From positions 947 through 64,946 of the forward strand of contig CAVWAA010000027.1 of assembly GCA_963752805.1 (NCBI GenBank): DNA of 64,000 bases. The letters are read 5' to 3'. Made by a program: the position numbers and the translations under genes. The first letter of the stretch is position 1, and each line of letters starts with the position of its first letter. Positions 41,332 through 50,210 of this stretch are shown piece after piece. Under the pieces are notes generated by a model. It saw nothing but the letters and a program-made list of their open reading frames with translations, was not told where the DNA came from and did not search any database. This DNA comes from Candidatus Binataceae bacterium (GTDB taxonomy: Bacteria; Desulfobacterota; Binatia; Binatales; Binataceae).

Positions 41332-42927
41332 ATGGGCAAGACGGTCGCCGCTGTAACGGGCGGCGTGGTTTTGGGATTAGCGATAGCTTTTGCCAACGCG
41401 GGTGCTTTTCAGTTTCCGTGGGGCTCGGGGGACAATGGTTCCAAGCCCCAGGCCTCTTCTCAGAACCAGCCCCAGCCAAGCCACCAACCCGCCCCACCGA
41501 ATGCGCCCGAACCGAACGAACCTGCGGTTGCGTTGCCCTCATGGGCGCCGCTGGTCAAGCGAGTGATGCCAACGGTCGTGAATGTGGCTGTGGTGCAGGA
41601 AGTAAAGTCGTCCGGCTTTCCTTTTCCGGGCGACAGCGGCAGCGGTGATGACGAGGGGCAGGGCCCGGGGATGGGACCGCAAGGTCCTGGCGGGAACCCG
41701 TTTGGCCCCGGAAATCCGTTCGGTGGCGACCCGTTCGAGCAATTTCGCCATTTCTTCGGTCAGACGCCGCGCAATTACAAGGAACATGGACTCGGGTCAG
41801 GAGTTATCGTATCGCCCGACGGCTATATCCTGACGAATGACCACGTGGTGGGACATGCAGATGAAATCCACGTCACTTTGCTCGACAAGCGCGAATTCAC
41901 CGCCAAAGTCGTCGGTAAGGACCAAAAGACTGACTTGGCTTTGATAAAAATCGATACCAATCAGCATTTGCCCTACGCTGCGCTTGGAAATTCGACCAAA
42001 GCCGAAGTCGGCGACCCGGTGATGGCGATTGGCAGTCCCTTCGGCTTCAATCTCTCTGTGACATCGGGGATTATCAGCGCCAAAGGGCGCGCGCTCGGCG
42101 GCAACTACGATGACTTCATTCAGACTGACGCGTCGATCAATCCGGGCAATTCCGGTGGCCCGCTCTTCAACACCAGCGGCCAGGTGATCGCCGTCAACAC
42201 CGCTATTTACAGCAGCACCGGCGCCAACAACGGCATCGGCTTCGCCATTCCAATCAACTTGGCGAAGTCCGTCATGGAGCAATTGAAGGCGCACGGCAAA
42301 GTGGTGCGTGGCTGGCTTGGGGTCGAGATCCAGGAAGTTACGCCCGACCTCGCGAAATCGTTCGGGCTGTCAATGCCGAGCGGCGCGTTGGTAGCCGGGG
42401 TTGAGAGTGATGGTCCCGCTGCCAAAGCCGGAATCGAACGGGGCGACATTATCGCCAAATTCAACGGTGAAACCGTCCATGACGAGCATGAACTGCCGGA
42501 AATGGTCGCGGCGACGCCGATTGGTAAGCAGGTTCCGATCGAGGTAATCCGCAACGGCAAGCACGTAACGCTTGACGCGACCATTGCGGTTTTGAAAGAG
42601 CAACAGATTGCCAGTGCCGAAAATCCCGGTGAGGCAGGGGCGAGCTGGGGTTTGCAGGTGCGCGATCTGACGCCGGAACTCGCTCAGCAACTGGGGCTGC
42701 ATAACAGCAAAGGTGTGGTAGTCACTGGTGTCAAGCAGGATTCACCTGCCGCCGATGCCAATCTGCAGCAGGGTGATCAGATTCTCGAAATCAACCACAA
42801 GAGAATAAACAGCGCCGACGAATTCGCGACCTTGGCCCGCGACGCGCAGAAGAGCAAGTCGCAGGCATTACTGCTTGTCCAGCGCGGCAGCGCAACCTTG
42901 TATACGGTGATCAATCCGCAAGGTTGA
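41332..42927 (+). CDS. htrA: Do/DegP/HtrA family periplasmic serine endoprotease with two PDZ domains
   Basis: 531 aa; signal/anchor, catalytic TNDHV, DLALIK and GNSGGPL motifs, two PDZ repeats. Confidence 0.9.
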   Translation: MGKTVAAVTGGVVLGLAIAFANAGAFQFPWGSGDNGSKPQASSQNQPQPSHQPAPPNAPEPNEPAVALPSWAPLVKRVMPTVVNVAVVQEVKSSGFPFPGDSGSGDDEGQGPGMGPQGPGGNPFGPGNPFGGDPFEQFRHFFGQTPRNYKEHGLGSGVIVSPDGYILTNDHVVGHADEIHVTLLDKREFTAKVVGKDQKTDLALIKIDTNQHLPYAALGNSTKAEVGDPVMAIGSPFGFNLSVTSGIISAKGRALGGNYDDFIQTDASINPGNSGGPLFNTSGQVIAVNTAIYSSTGANNGIGFAIPINLAKSVMEQLKAHGKVVRGWLGVEIQEVTPDLAKSFGLSMPSGALVAGVESDGPAAKAGIERGDIIAKFNGETVHDEHELPEMVAATPIGKQVPIEVIRNGKHVTLDATIAVLKEQQIASAENPGEAGASWGLQVRDLTPELAQQLGLHNSKGVVVTGVKQDSPAADANLQQGDQILEINHKRINSADEFATLARDAQKSKSQALLLVQRGSATLYTVINPQG

Positions 42928-43068
42928 TTGCGAATGGTCACACGGCCGTTTCGCCGCGGGCAGAGGGCAGGTGTCCCTCTGCCCGCGGCGTTTTCAAGAG
43001 TCAACGCTGGGCTTTTGCCCCGTCCGCTTCGGCTTCGTTTATAACGCCATAACACGCAAAGCGGATAA

Positions 43069-44286
43069 ATGAGCCTGGTAGGCAAGTACGACGTTGTAAT
43101 CTCGGGTTCGGGACCGGCGGGACTGGCAACCGCACTTCACCTGCTGCAGATGCGGCCTCGCTTGGCGGGTCGCATTGTTGCGCTTGAACGAGCGCAGCAT
43201 CCGCGTCCTAAAGTCTGCGCCGGCGGTCTGATTCCGCGCACGATAGAGGCCTTGGGCGAGCTTGGAATATCTTTGGAAGTTCCATTCGTCACGGTATTTG
43301 GCGGCATCGCACGGACCGAGGGGGGCACGATTGATTTAACTCCATCGTGCGAGCCTCTCTGCACGGTCGTGCGGCGCAACGAGTTCGATGCGATGCTGGC
43401 TCGTCACGCGCGCGCAGCCGGACTGGAGATCATCGAGAAGAATCGGGTGCTGGGAGTCGAGCAGCGGGGCGAGGGGCTCAGAATCGCGACCGAGCGCGGA
43501 CTGCTCGATGCGCAGGTGCTCGTGGGCGCCGATGGCAGTGGAAGCCGGGTGCGGACTTCGCTGTTCGGGCGAACCAAGCACAACATTGGGCGGGCGCTAA
43601 TAGCGGAGGTGCCAGTCCTTCACGGTAGCGCTGAAGAATTCGTCCGACGCCTTTATCGGTTCGATTTCAATTGCGTCACCGCCGGTATCAATGGATATTG
43701 CTGGTCCTTTCCGTGTCTGATCGATGGGCAACCGCACCTCAATATGGGAATTTACGATCAAAATCCGTCTCATGCGGCGCCAGGAAGTTCGAAGGGCGAT
43801 TTGCTGGGGCAGTTACGTACGGCATTCCCGGAGATTGATTCATTTTCGGACTCAGATAAAAGGCTAGCGGTCAGAGCATTTCCGATCCGTTGGTATGACC
43901 CGCAGGATTGCTATGTGCGCGGGCGCACGATCCTCGCCGGCGATGCGGCCGGCGTTGACCCATTGATGGGAGAGGGAATTTCATGCGCATTCGAGCACGG
44001 CAAGCTCGCGGCAGATGCGCTCGCACGTTATTTGGACGGCGACTGCTCGGCACTTGAGGCGTACGGGGAAGAACTTCACCGCGGGTTGTTAGGACGCAAA
44101 CTCCGGCGCCTCGCCTTCGCCGCGCGGCGTTTCTACGGTGCTCATCACCGCTTTTATTTTCGTCTGGCCGGGTTCAGCGGCAGGCTACAACGGTTGAGCG
44201 TGGATTGGTATAACGGCGCGCGGCGCGTCGACGAGCTATCAATAGTACGAGCAATGATGAGGCTGCTGTTCTACGGGTCCGTTTAG
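43069..44286 (+). CDS. FAD-dependent oxidoreductase, geranylgeranyl reductase-like
   Basis: 405 aa; YDVVISGSGPAGLATA dinucleotide-binding motif and GDAAGVDPLMGEGI motif. Confidence 0.8.
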   Translation: MSLVGKYDVVISGSGPAGLATALHLLQMRPRLAGRIVALERAQHPRPKVCAGGLIPRTIEALGELGISLEVPFVTVFGGIARTEGGTIDLTPSCEPLCTVVRRNEFDAMLARHARAAGLEIIEKNRVLGVEQRGEGLRIATERGLLDAQVLVGADGSGSRVRTSLFGRTKHNIGRALIAEVPVLHGSAEEFVRRLYRFDFNCVTAGINGYCWSFPCLIDGQPHLNMGIYDQNPSHAAPGSSKGDLLGQLRTAFPEIDSFSDSDKRLAVRAFPIRWYDPQDCYVRGRTILAGDAAGVDPLMGEGISCAFEHGKLAADALARYLDGDCSALEAYGEELHRGLLGRKLRRLAFAARRFYGAHHRFYFRLAGFSGRLQRLSVDWYNGARRVDELSIVRAMMRLLFYGSV

Positions 44287-44581
44287 ACCGACCTCTACGC
44301 TGCCCAATCGGGTTTAGCAGTGGCAATCACCCATAACCGGCGGAAGCGGCGTCGAGCTTCAACCGGCCTGACCAGAATGCAGCAGCGAAAGCGCCCAGCT
44401 GCGGCATTCGGTGAAACGTACTCTGATTATCGCCGGGATTGCGCTCCTCGCCGCGTCGGTCTTGATCCGGCGGATACTGCGGCCGTTGCGCCAATCGCAG
44501 TATTCCCATGGCTGGCGAATCGTGCAACCCGCTAATCATGTCCCTCGCCCGCTGCCGCCATCCGTCTACCCCTCTGCGAGA

Positions 44582-44589
44582 GAAATTAG
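44582..44589. repeat. target-site duplication, left copy (GAAATTAG)
   Basis: Identical 8-mer directly outside both terminal inverted repeats (44582-44589 and 49457-49464). Confidence 0.8.
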
Positions 44590-44612
44590 GGTAATAATAT
44601 ACTTGACTGGAC
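44590..44612. repeat. left terminal inverted repeat (IRL)
   Basis: GGTAATAATATACTTGACTGGAC; exact reverse complement of 49434-49456. Confidence 0.88.
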
Positions 44613-44632
44613 CACGCGGCCAATGCTAGATT
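44603..44632 (+). promoter_or_regulatory. candidate IR-embedded promoter for the transposase
   Basis: TTGACT (44603-44608, inside IRL), 18-nt spacer, TAGATT (44627-44632); GTG 44633 / ATG 44639 follow immediately, so the transcript would be near-leaderless. Confidence 0.35.
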
Positions 44633-45594
44633 GTGGTCATGACGCCCACGACTCTTCAAGACGCAATCCGCTACTTCAGCGACTTCGATAACTCCCAGCG
44701 CGCCATGATTGACATGCGCTGGCCTGACGGCGTGGTGCGTTGCCCGACATGCAATTCCGACAAGGTTGTCTACTTGCCAAGTGGCCGCGTATGGCGATGC
44801 GCCACCAAGCACGCTCTGCGCAAGTTTTCGCTCAAGGTTGGAACCATCTTCGAGGATTCGCCAATCGGCCTGGATAAGTGGTTTACGGCGATGTGGCTGA
44901 TTGCGAACTGCAAAAATGGCATCAGCTCCTACGAGATTCATCGCGACATAGACGTTACTCAGAAAACTGCATGGTTCATGCTTCATCGGATTCGCCTGGC
45001 GTGGAACGCCGGCAGTATCGACAAGATGACCGGCGAAGTTGAAGCTGACGAAACTTTTATCGGTGGCCTCGCCCGTTTCATGCACAAAGACAAAAAGGCA
45101 AAGATCACGGGCACGGGCGGGGCCGGTAAAGTCGCGGTAATGGGCTTGCTCGAACGGCACGGCAAAGATGGCGTCAGCCGGGTCCGCGCCAAGGTCCTCC
45201 GCAATGTACGAGCAGAAAGCTTGCACAAAGAAATCCGTGAGAACGTTGAGGCCGGTAGCGAGATGTTCACGGATGCCTGGGTAGGTTACAAGCACATTGA
45301 CCGCGACTACATGCACAATGTCATCGACCATGCTGAGAAGTACGCGGAAGGCCGTGTCCATGTGAATGGGATCGAAAATTTCTGGTCGCTGCTCAGCGTG
45401 GCTTGAAAGGCACCTACGTTAGTGTCGAACCCTTCCATCTCTTCCGGTACGTGGACGAACAGGCTTTCCGATTCAACAACCGCAAAGATACGGATGGGCA
45501 ACGGTTCGCCGAAACGCTGTCATCGGTTACGGGCAAGCGGCTGACTTACAAGAGACTGACTGGCAAGGCTGAGCCCCAATTGACGCTCTTATAA
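44633..45594 (+). pseudogene. IS1595 family transposase (Zn-ribbon + DDE), one frameshift near 45395
   Basis: RWPDGVVRCPTCNS...RCATKHALRKFSLKVGTIFEDSPIGLDKWF...ISSYEIHRDIDVTQKTAWFMLHRIR, then the DDE part VEADETFIGG...TDAWVGY...NGIENFWSLL. The frame breaks at CTCAGCGTGGCTTGA (expected ...LLKRGLKGTYV...) and continues in ORF 45403-45594 (KGTYVSVEPFHLFRYVDEQAFRFNNR). Confidence 0.85.
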
Positions 45595-45635
45595 AACCGC
45601 GACAGGGACGGGGCGGGCGTGGTAAACTTTAAAGC

Positions 45636-45809
45636 GTGAAGCCTGAAGAGCACCACGCCAAGCCTGAAGATTTCTCGCCGTTCGACCGTTTCCGCGAATT
45701 CGCTCGGCGAATTATTGCCGTACCAAAAGCGGAGATAGATAAACAAGAAGCGGAATATCAACGGCAACGCGCATTGCGAAAGAAAGTCGCGCCCCCGAAG
45801 GGGCGCTAG
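45636..45809 (+). CDS. hypothetical small basic protein (57 aa, GTG start)
   Basis: Below the ORF-track length cut-off. VKPEEHHAKPEDFSPFDRFREFARRIIAVPKAEIDKQEAEYQRQRALRKKVAPPKGR; resembles small conserved hypotheticals I recall next to mobile/TA loci. Stop embedded in GC palindromes. Confidence 0.3.
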   Translation: MKPEEHHAKPEDFSPFDRFREFARRIIAVPKAEIDKQEAEYQRQRALRKKVAPPKGR

Positions 45810-45889
45810 CGCTATAGCGCGCCGACTGTTATAAAGCGAATCGACACTTAGACACCTGCCTTTCTCCCCGGCTTACGGGGCGGGTATTT

Positions 45890-45922
45890 CGCGCCGTCAG
45901 TGTTCACGACACTGACGGCGCG
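45890..45922 (-). terminator. strong hairpin immediately 3' of the 45928 stop
   Basis: Perfect 14-bp stem CGCGCCGTCAGTGT / ACACTGACGGCGCG with 5-nt loop; no clear U-tract on the minus strand and a modest T-rich tail on the plus strand. Confidence 0.45.
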
Positions 45923-45927
45923 AGTAT

Positions 45928-46647
45928 TTAGTTCTCTTCTGAATCTCCTAGCGCAATTTGTAAAATCTTAATCAGCTTTGAAAGTTCCTTTGGTTGCCAG
46001 TCATCAGGCAGCTGAATCCAGGCCAAACGTGTTGGACCTAGGGGCAACGGGATACGCGGCGATTTCGACTCCGATTCTGGTGCAGTATGGCGATTGAGTT
46101 CTGATTCTGATCGACGAGGAGATCCAAGTGTGTTCGGATCCAATGGGAATCCGGCCAGCGCAAGTGATATCGGGCCGTTTGCTCTGACTGTGTCATCATT
46201 GCTCTCAATCAGTCCCGCCTCTACGAGCATGTCAACGATGGGTTTCGTCGGTCCGGTCTGTTTGATGCCGCCCGCTATGGCGATCTCCCCTTTCAATAGG
46301 TCGAGCTTCATCGGCCCGCGTGCTCGAACCATCCCTAGGAAACCATTAAGCGCTGTGTTTGCACGTATGATTTCCTGAAGCGCTTCGCTCGTGAGTGCCG
46401 CATTGTCCATTGCGAACCCGGACGCCAACCGCAATCCTAGCGGGGTCAACTTATTTTCATTTTCCTGAACGATCCCAACTTCACGAAGGAAGTTATTGTT
46501 GGAACTTACGACAGGCCGTTGCAGTCCAGCTATCTCAGCAACTTTATCGACAGTCGGTTTGTCGATGTCCTGCACTTCTCCGTAAGCCCGGATGATCTGC
46601 TTCAATGTGGACCATGAAGACATTGGCATAGACAATCTGTTTGCCAT
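45928..46647 (-). CDS. hypothetical protein, N-terminal wHTH-like region (transposon cargo)
   Basis: ORF 45928-46746; candidate ATGs at 46647, 46629 and 46623. KPTVDKVAEIAGLQRPVVSSNNNFLREVGIV looks like a helix-turn-helix; no family recognised. Confidence 0.5.
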   Translation of the reverse strand: MANRLSMPMSSWSTLKQIIRAYGEVQDIDKPTVDKVAEIAGLQRPVVSSNNNFLREVGIVQENENKLTPLGLRLASGFAMDNAALTSEALQEIIRANTALNGFLGMVRARGPMKLDLLKGEIAIAGGIKQTGPTKPIVDMLVEAGLIESNDDTVRANGPISLALAGFPLDPNTLGSPRRSESELNRHTAPESESKSPRIPLPLGPTRLAWIQLPDDWQPKELSKLIKILQIALGDSEEN

Positions 46648-46825
46648 AAAACCGGGCTCCGTCAAATCTGTACAAATGCTCGCATTTGTGCGTAGAGAAA
46701 TCAAGGCTCTCCGTATAGTAGGCCCTAACACCACAATACCTAGCAACCATGTGTGGTTTATGCGATGTGGCGAATAGGTCTATGGCCATTTCGTATAGAT
46801 TGCATGGTGCATCCGTATACATATC

Positions 46826-46855
46826 TTGACATGGCAGGTTGCTGGTCCATACTAT
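46826..46855 (+). promoter_or_regulatory. candidate sigma70-type promoter facing the NYN gene
   Basis: TTGACA (46826-46831), 18-nt spacer, TACTAT (46850-46855), in an AT-rich stretch 170 nt upstream of ATG 47025. Confidence 0.3.
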
Positions 46856-47024
46856 TGGATGAACGGGCAAATCGAGCGACATCCGTAGCTCTTGACTAAG
46901 GCGGGTAAAGTCTTAGATTATGAAAACGCGATGTCCTACGGGATGCCGCCCTAACCCGCCCGGGGTCTGGTGATGAGCCACACGCCGGGCTTTTTATTGC
47001 CCATTTGCCGATGTTGGAGAGCCT

Positions 47025-47652
47025 ATGGCGGATCGGGCAGTCGTGTTCGTAGACGGAAATAATTGGTTCCACGGTTTAGAAGAGGCCGGAGTCCAGAGGA
47101 AGTTTGCGCTAGACTTCGCAAAGGTGAGCACAAAACTTTTGGGTCCGCGAGAATGGGTCGGAACCCGTTATTATGTTGGTCGGCTCAGCGTAACTTCGCC
47201 CAATTACGCCGATCAGCGAAAGCTGGAAGATTTTCTCTTAAAAACAGACCGTCGGATCAGCGTTCATTTTGGCCGCGTGGGACCCCGTCTTGTTGAAAAT
47301 GAAGCCGCCAGAGAGATCCTGGCTTACTTATATGGCCTCACTAGTAAAGATTGATCATCAAACGTTCCAAGGTTTGATCTCTATCGCAAAAAAACACGCA
47401 AAAACTTTGGTTTGGCACGAAAAGGCCGTGGATGTTCAACTGGCGGTGGATATGGTTGTGATGGCCACGCGCAAAGACTTTGATGCCGCCTACCTTCTCT
47501 CAGCGGATGGAGACTTCACTGGTGCAGTAGACTATGTCCGAAGTCTCGGCGGAAAAGTTTATGCTGCATCACCAATGCATGGAGCACAGCTCGCCAAGGC
47601 GGTTAATAAGTTCATTCCACTCGATTTAGCATGGTTTAGTAGCTGTTATTGA
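47025..47652 (+). pseudogene. NYN/LabA-like (PIN-related RNase fold) protein, split by one frameshift
   Basis: ORF 47025-47354 has the NYN N-terminal strand VVFVDGNNWFH. ORF 47269-47652 in another frame has the C-terminal half EKAVDVQLAVDMVVMA...YLLSADGDFTGAVDYVRSLGGKVY. Junction somewhere in 47300-47350. Confidence 0.75.
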
Positions 47653-47720
47653 TTTCCAGACTATCCGGTCTGGCGTGGGAACGGAGCACGCGCGGAAGTC
47701 GCGCCCAGAATGGACAGCGT

Positions 47721-49427
47721 TTAGGCTGATAACTCGCCCGCTTTCGCCGGGAGGATTGCCTCTGCGAGTCCCTTACATTTACTGGCGTTCTTGAACACAT
47801 TAGCAGGATAGGATCCTTTCGCTTGTTTTTCCTTTTCTCCGGTAGCCTTTGCTAGCATTTCTAGTGCGATCTGCGGGATCCCTTCTTTCATTTTGTCGAA
47901 CTCAGCCTGAGGTATTCTGTCATATTTATCCAACGCTCGAAAAACTAGATGAAGGATAAATCTGTTGCCATGCACAGCTATTAGCCGGTCTTTTCCCTCA
48001 AGGTTAGCTTGCTCTCTTAACATTTCACCAACCGTGCGATTACCTCAACAGATCGCCACAGTTTCAGAGCCGAGACAGAAGCATTGAAAAGTCTCTTGTA
48101 TGGAGCTTGTGTAATATCTTCGTACAGTAAACCGACTTCACGTTTAGCCTGTACGCATAAACTGGGATCCTCGTGAGCGCAGGCGAGTGCAACGACGGCA
48201 TCATCAAATGTGCAGCCTTCTTCAGGTAACGGCGGGCGATCTCCAGTTTTATATGCGTAGTTCTTTTCGCGCTCCAGAAGCAATTCTGTCTTTAGACGGT
48301 CTTGTTCTGGATCCTGCGCGGCAAAGTCTTTTTTCTCAATCCGATTCTGCGTGTTAGCCGCTCTTGTTAGTTCTCCAGCAAAAGTCGGCGGACACTTTTC
48401 GAGATCGATAATTCGTATCGCCACACGCGCCCGGTGAAAACCATTTGGTCCGCCGTCAATTGCCGATAGAATGCTGCCAACTGTCTGAGCGCCATTAACG
48501 ACGCTCGCCCCTTCGCACTCGAATACGCCGCTCTCGCGACTTGACCCACCCAATGGCTGTTTCGACAATTTATCGCACAGAATCGTAATGCCGTTTAAAA
48601 TACCAAAAGTTCTCAGGTGCGAATCGGGCCGTTTTTACAATTCCTTCATTAACATCCGTGCTGCCCTTGAAACCGCGAAGATTACGGGCATAGAGAGCCT
48701 GCCCAAACGCTCTCCACGTTTCGATATCTTGCAAATCCACCATGCCGTAGTACGCCGAATATGGTTCGGTGACTTTACCCCATTCGTGCAAAAGTACGGT
48801 TAGTTTAACTGACTCTCCAATTGCCTGACGTGCCACTACCGAATGGAGATCAGCTTGGCGAAACTGTTTGAAACTGATCAGTTCTGTTGGGTCATTTTGT
48901 TCCTCCAAAAACTCTTCTATGGGGCGCAACGCCTCCGACGACATTGCCTGTTCGCCTGTATAACCGATAATCAGTACGAATGTTGCTGATGAATCCGTCA
49001 GCGCAGCATCGATTTCCGGTTTTTTTTGCTTAAGTTTATCAAAGTGGTCGAGCTTGGCTTCTAGCAGATCCGTTACTCCCTGAAGGAATTTATGGACCTC
49101 GCCGACTCCAATGCTCCCCTTCCCGTTATGGATCCATTTTGATTGAACGAGATAGCAGACGCGGTCAGTGGCATCGAAATAGAACGCATCGATGCCATTG
49201 TCTTTGAATCCATCAACGACGGCCTTCGCCGCGATCTTGTCATCGACCTCAGCTAGTTCAGCGACCAGAAATGCAGCCAAGCTCCGCGTTAGGAAAAAAT
49301 TCTCCCGATCTTCTGGTTTCGGGGATCCAAGATCGCTTAGGTCAATCTGCCCTTCGAAGCGTTTCTGAAGAGCCGCTTTTATGTGGCCAATGTGCAAAAT
49401 CGCCATGACACAATTATAAGCATCCAC
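47721..49427 (-). pseudogene. AIPR (abortive infection phage resistance) family protein, two frameshifts
   Basis: Three collinear ORFs: 48570-49427, 48017-48568 and 47721-48023. N-domain GIDAFYFD...CYLVQSKW. At about 48595 ENFWYF is followed by a shifted NGITILCDK, with an extra base in a TTTT/AAA run. AIPR core VVNGAQTVGS...ANTQNRI. Second shift at about 48020. Confidence 0.78.
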
Positions 49428-49443
49428 CTATCAGTCCAGTCAA
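49413..49443 (-). promoter_or_regulatory. candidate IR-embedded promoter for the AIPR gene
   Basis: Minus strand: TTGACT (49443-49438, inside IRR), 19-nt spacer, TATAAT (49418-49413), ATG at 49406 only 6 nt downstream. Mirror image of the arrangement at IRL. Confidence 0.3.
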
Positions 49444-49456
49444 GTATATTATTACC
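49434..49456. repeat. right terminal inverted repeat (IRR)
   Basis: GTCCAGTCAAGTATATTATTACC; exact reverse complement of IRL. Confidence 0.88.
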
Positions 49457-49464
49457 GAAATTAG
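49457..49464. repeat. target-site duplication, right copy (GAAATTAG)
   Basis: Identical to 44582-44589. Confidence 0.8.
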
Positions 49465-49504
49465 GTGAGGGCGGCGACGCGAGCGAGGGTGCGGTTGAAC
49501 GAGC

Positions 49505-50050
49505 TTAAACGTCGAGCTCTATCACGCGGCGGTCACGCTGGCGGAAGTCCAGCACCTCGACGTAGGGCCGCATTGAAGGAATCGCGTCCATCCGCAGTTC
49601 GTCATCGACGCGGCTTGTGCCTTCGCCGGGATTCTTGCGGGTAATATTAACAAACTCGCACTCGTGGCCCAGCGCTACGGCGTAATGCCAGACGCCTTTT
49701 TCGATGAACGCGGCCTGTCCGGGCTCGACGAAAAATGCTGCCAACCGATCGTAGTCAATCTCGTATTTCTCGTGGCCGTCACCGCGGTTGCGCGGCGCCG
49801 GCGCGACTACCAACGCCATCGTGCCGCGCAGCGGAATGAAGGTTTGATTATAGGAGAAATGTGTCGCCATCATGCTGATCCGGCGCGGATTAACTGGCCG
49901 CTTGAGTCTCAGCAGTTCGAGCGCGACTCGTCCTTCGCCCGGTTCAACTTCCGGAAACAGCGGCTGTTTGTTTTCGAGCATATGGCCGTATGGGCGAAAA
50001 GCTTCCGCGGTAAGTGGTTGTACTTTGATCCCGACTACTCCATCTTCCAT
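49505..50050 (-). CDS. ureidoglycolate lyase-like cupin protein
   Basis: ORF 49505-50527 is over-extended; the conserved part starts at ATG 50050 (MEDGVVGIKVQPLTAEAFRPYGHML...), resembling Ureidogly_lyase family proteins. Confidence 0.65.
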   Translation of the reverse strand: MEDGVVGIKVQPLTAEAFRPYGHMLENKQPLFPEVEPGEGRVALELLRLKRPVNPRRISMMATHFSYNQTFIPLRGTMALVVAPAPRNRGDGHEKYEIDYDRLAAFFVEPGQAAFIEKGVWHYAVALGHECEFVNITRKNPGEGTSRVDDELRMDAIPSMRPYVEVLDFRQRDRRVIELDV

Positions 50051-50210
50051 AGCTGGCGCTCCCGCAAATTCATCGACGATACAGTAAAGGCTGTCGAATG
50101 TTTGGCAGAGCTTAGACGCGCCTGCAGAGATTTGACAAGCGAAACGGATCGTCCAATCGGCTTCAAAGCCTCTGCTGGTTATCCGCCCGGACCTGTATAA
50201 TTGCGGAATT

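Larger units (their letters stand above)
44590..49456 (+). mobile_element. IS1595-family transposon carrying passenger genes (4867 bp)
   Basis: Perfect 23-bp terminal inverted repeats, 8-bp TSD, IS1595-type transposase at the left end, about 3.8 kb of cargo, visibly lower GC than the flanks. Confidence 0.82.

Noticed and set aside
44327-45361. 344-aa ORF on the minus strand across the transposon left end
   Set aside because: It lies entirely antisense to the well-supported IS1595 transposase, has no recognisable motifs and crosses IRL. This is a typical shadow ORF.
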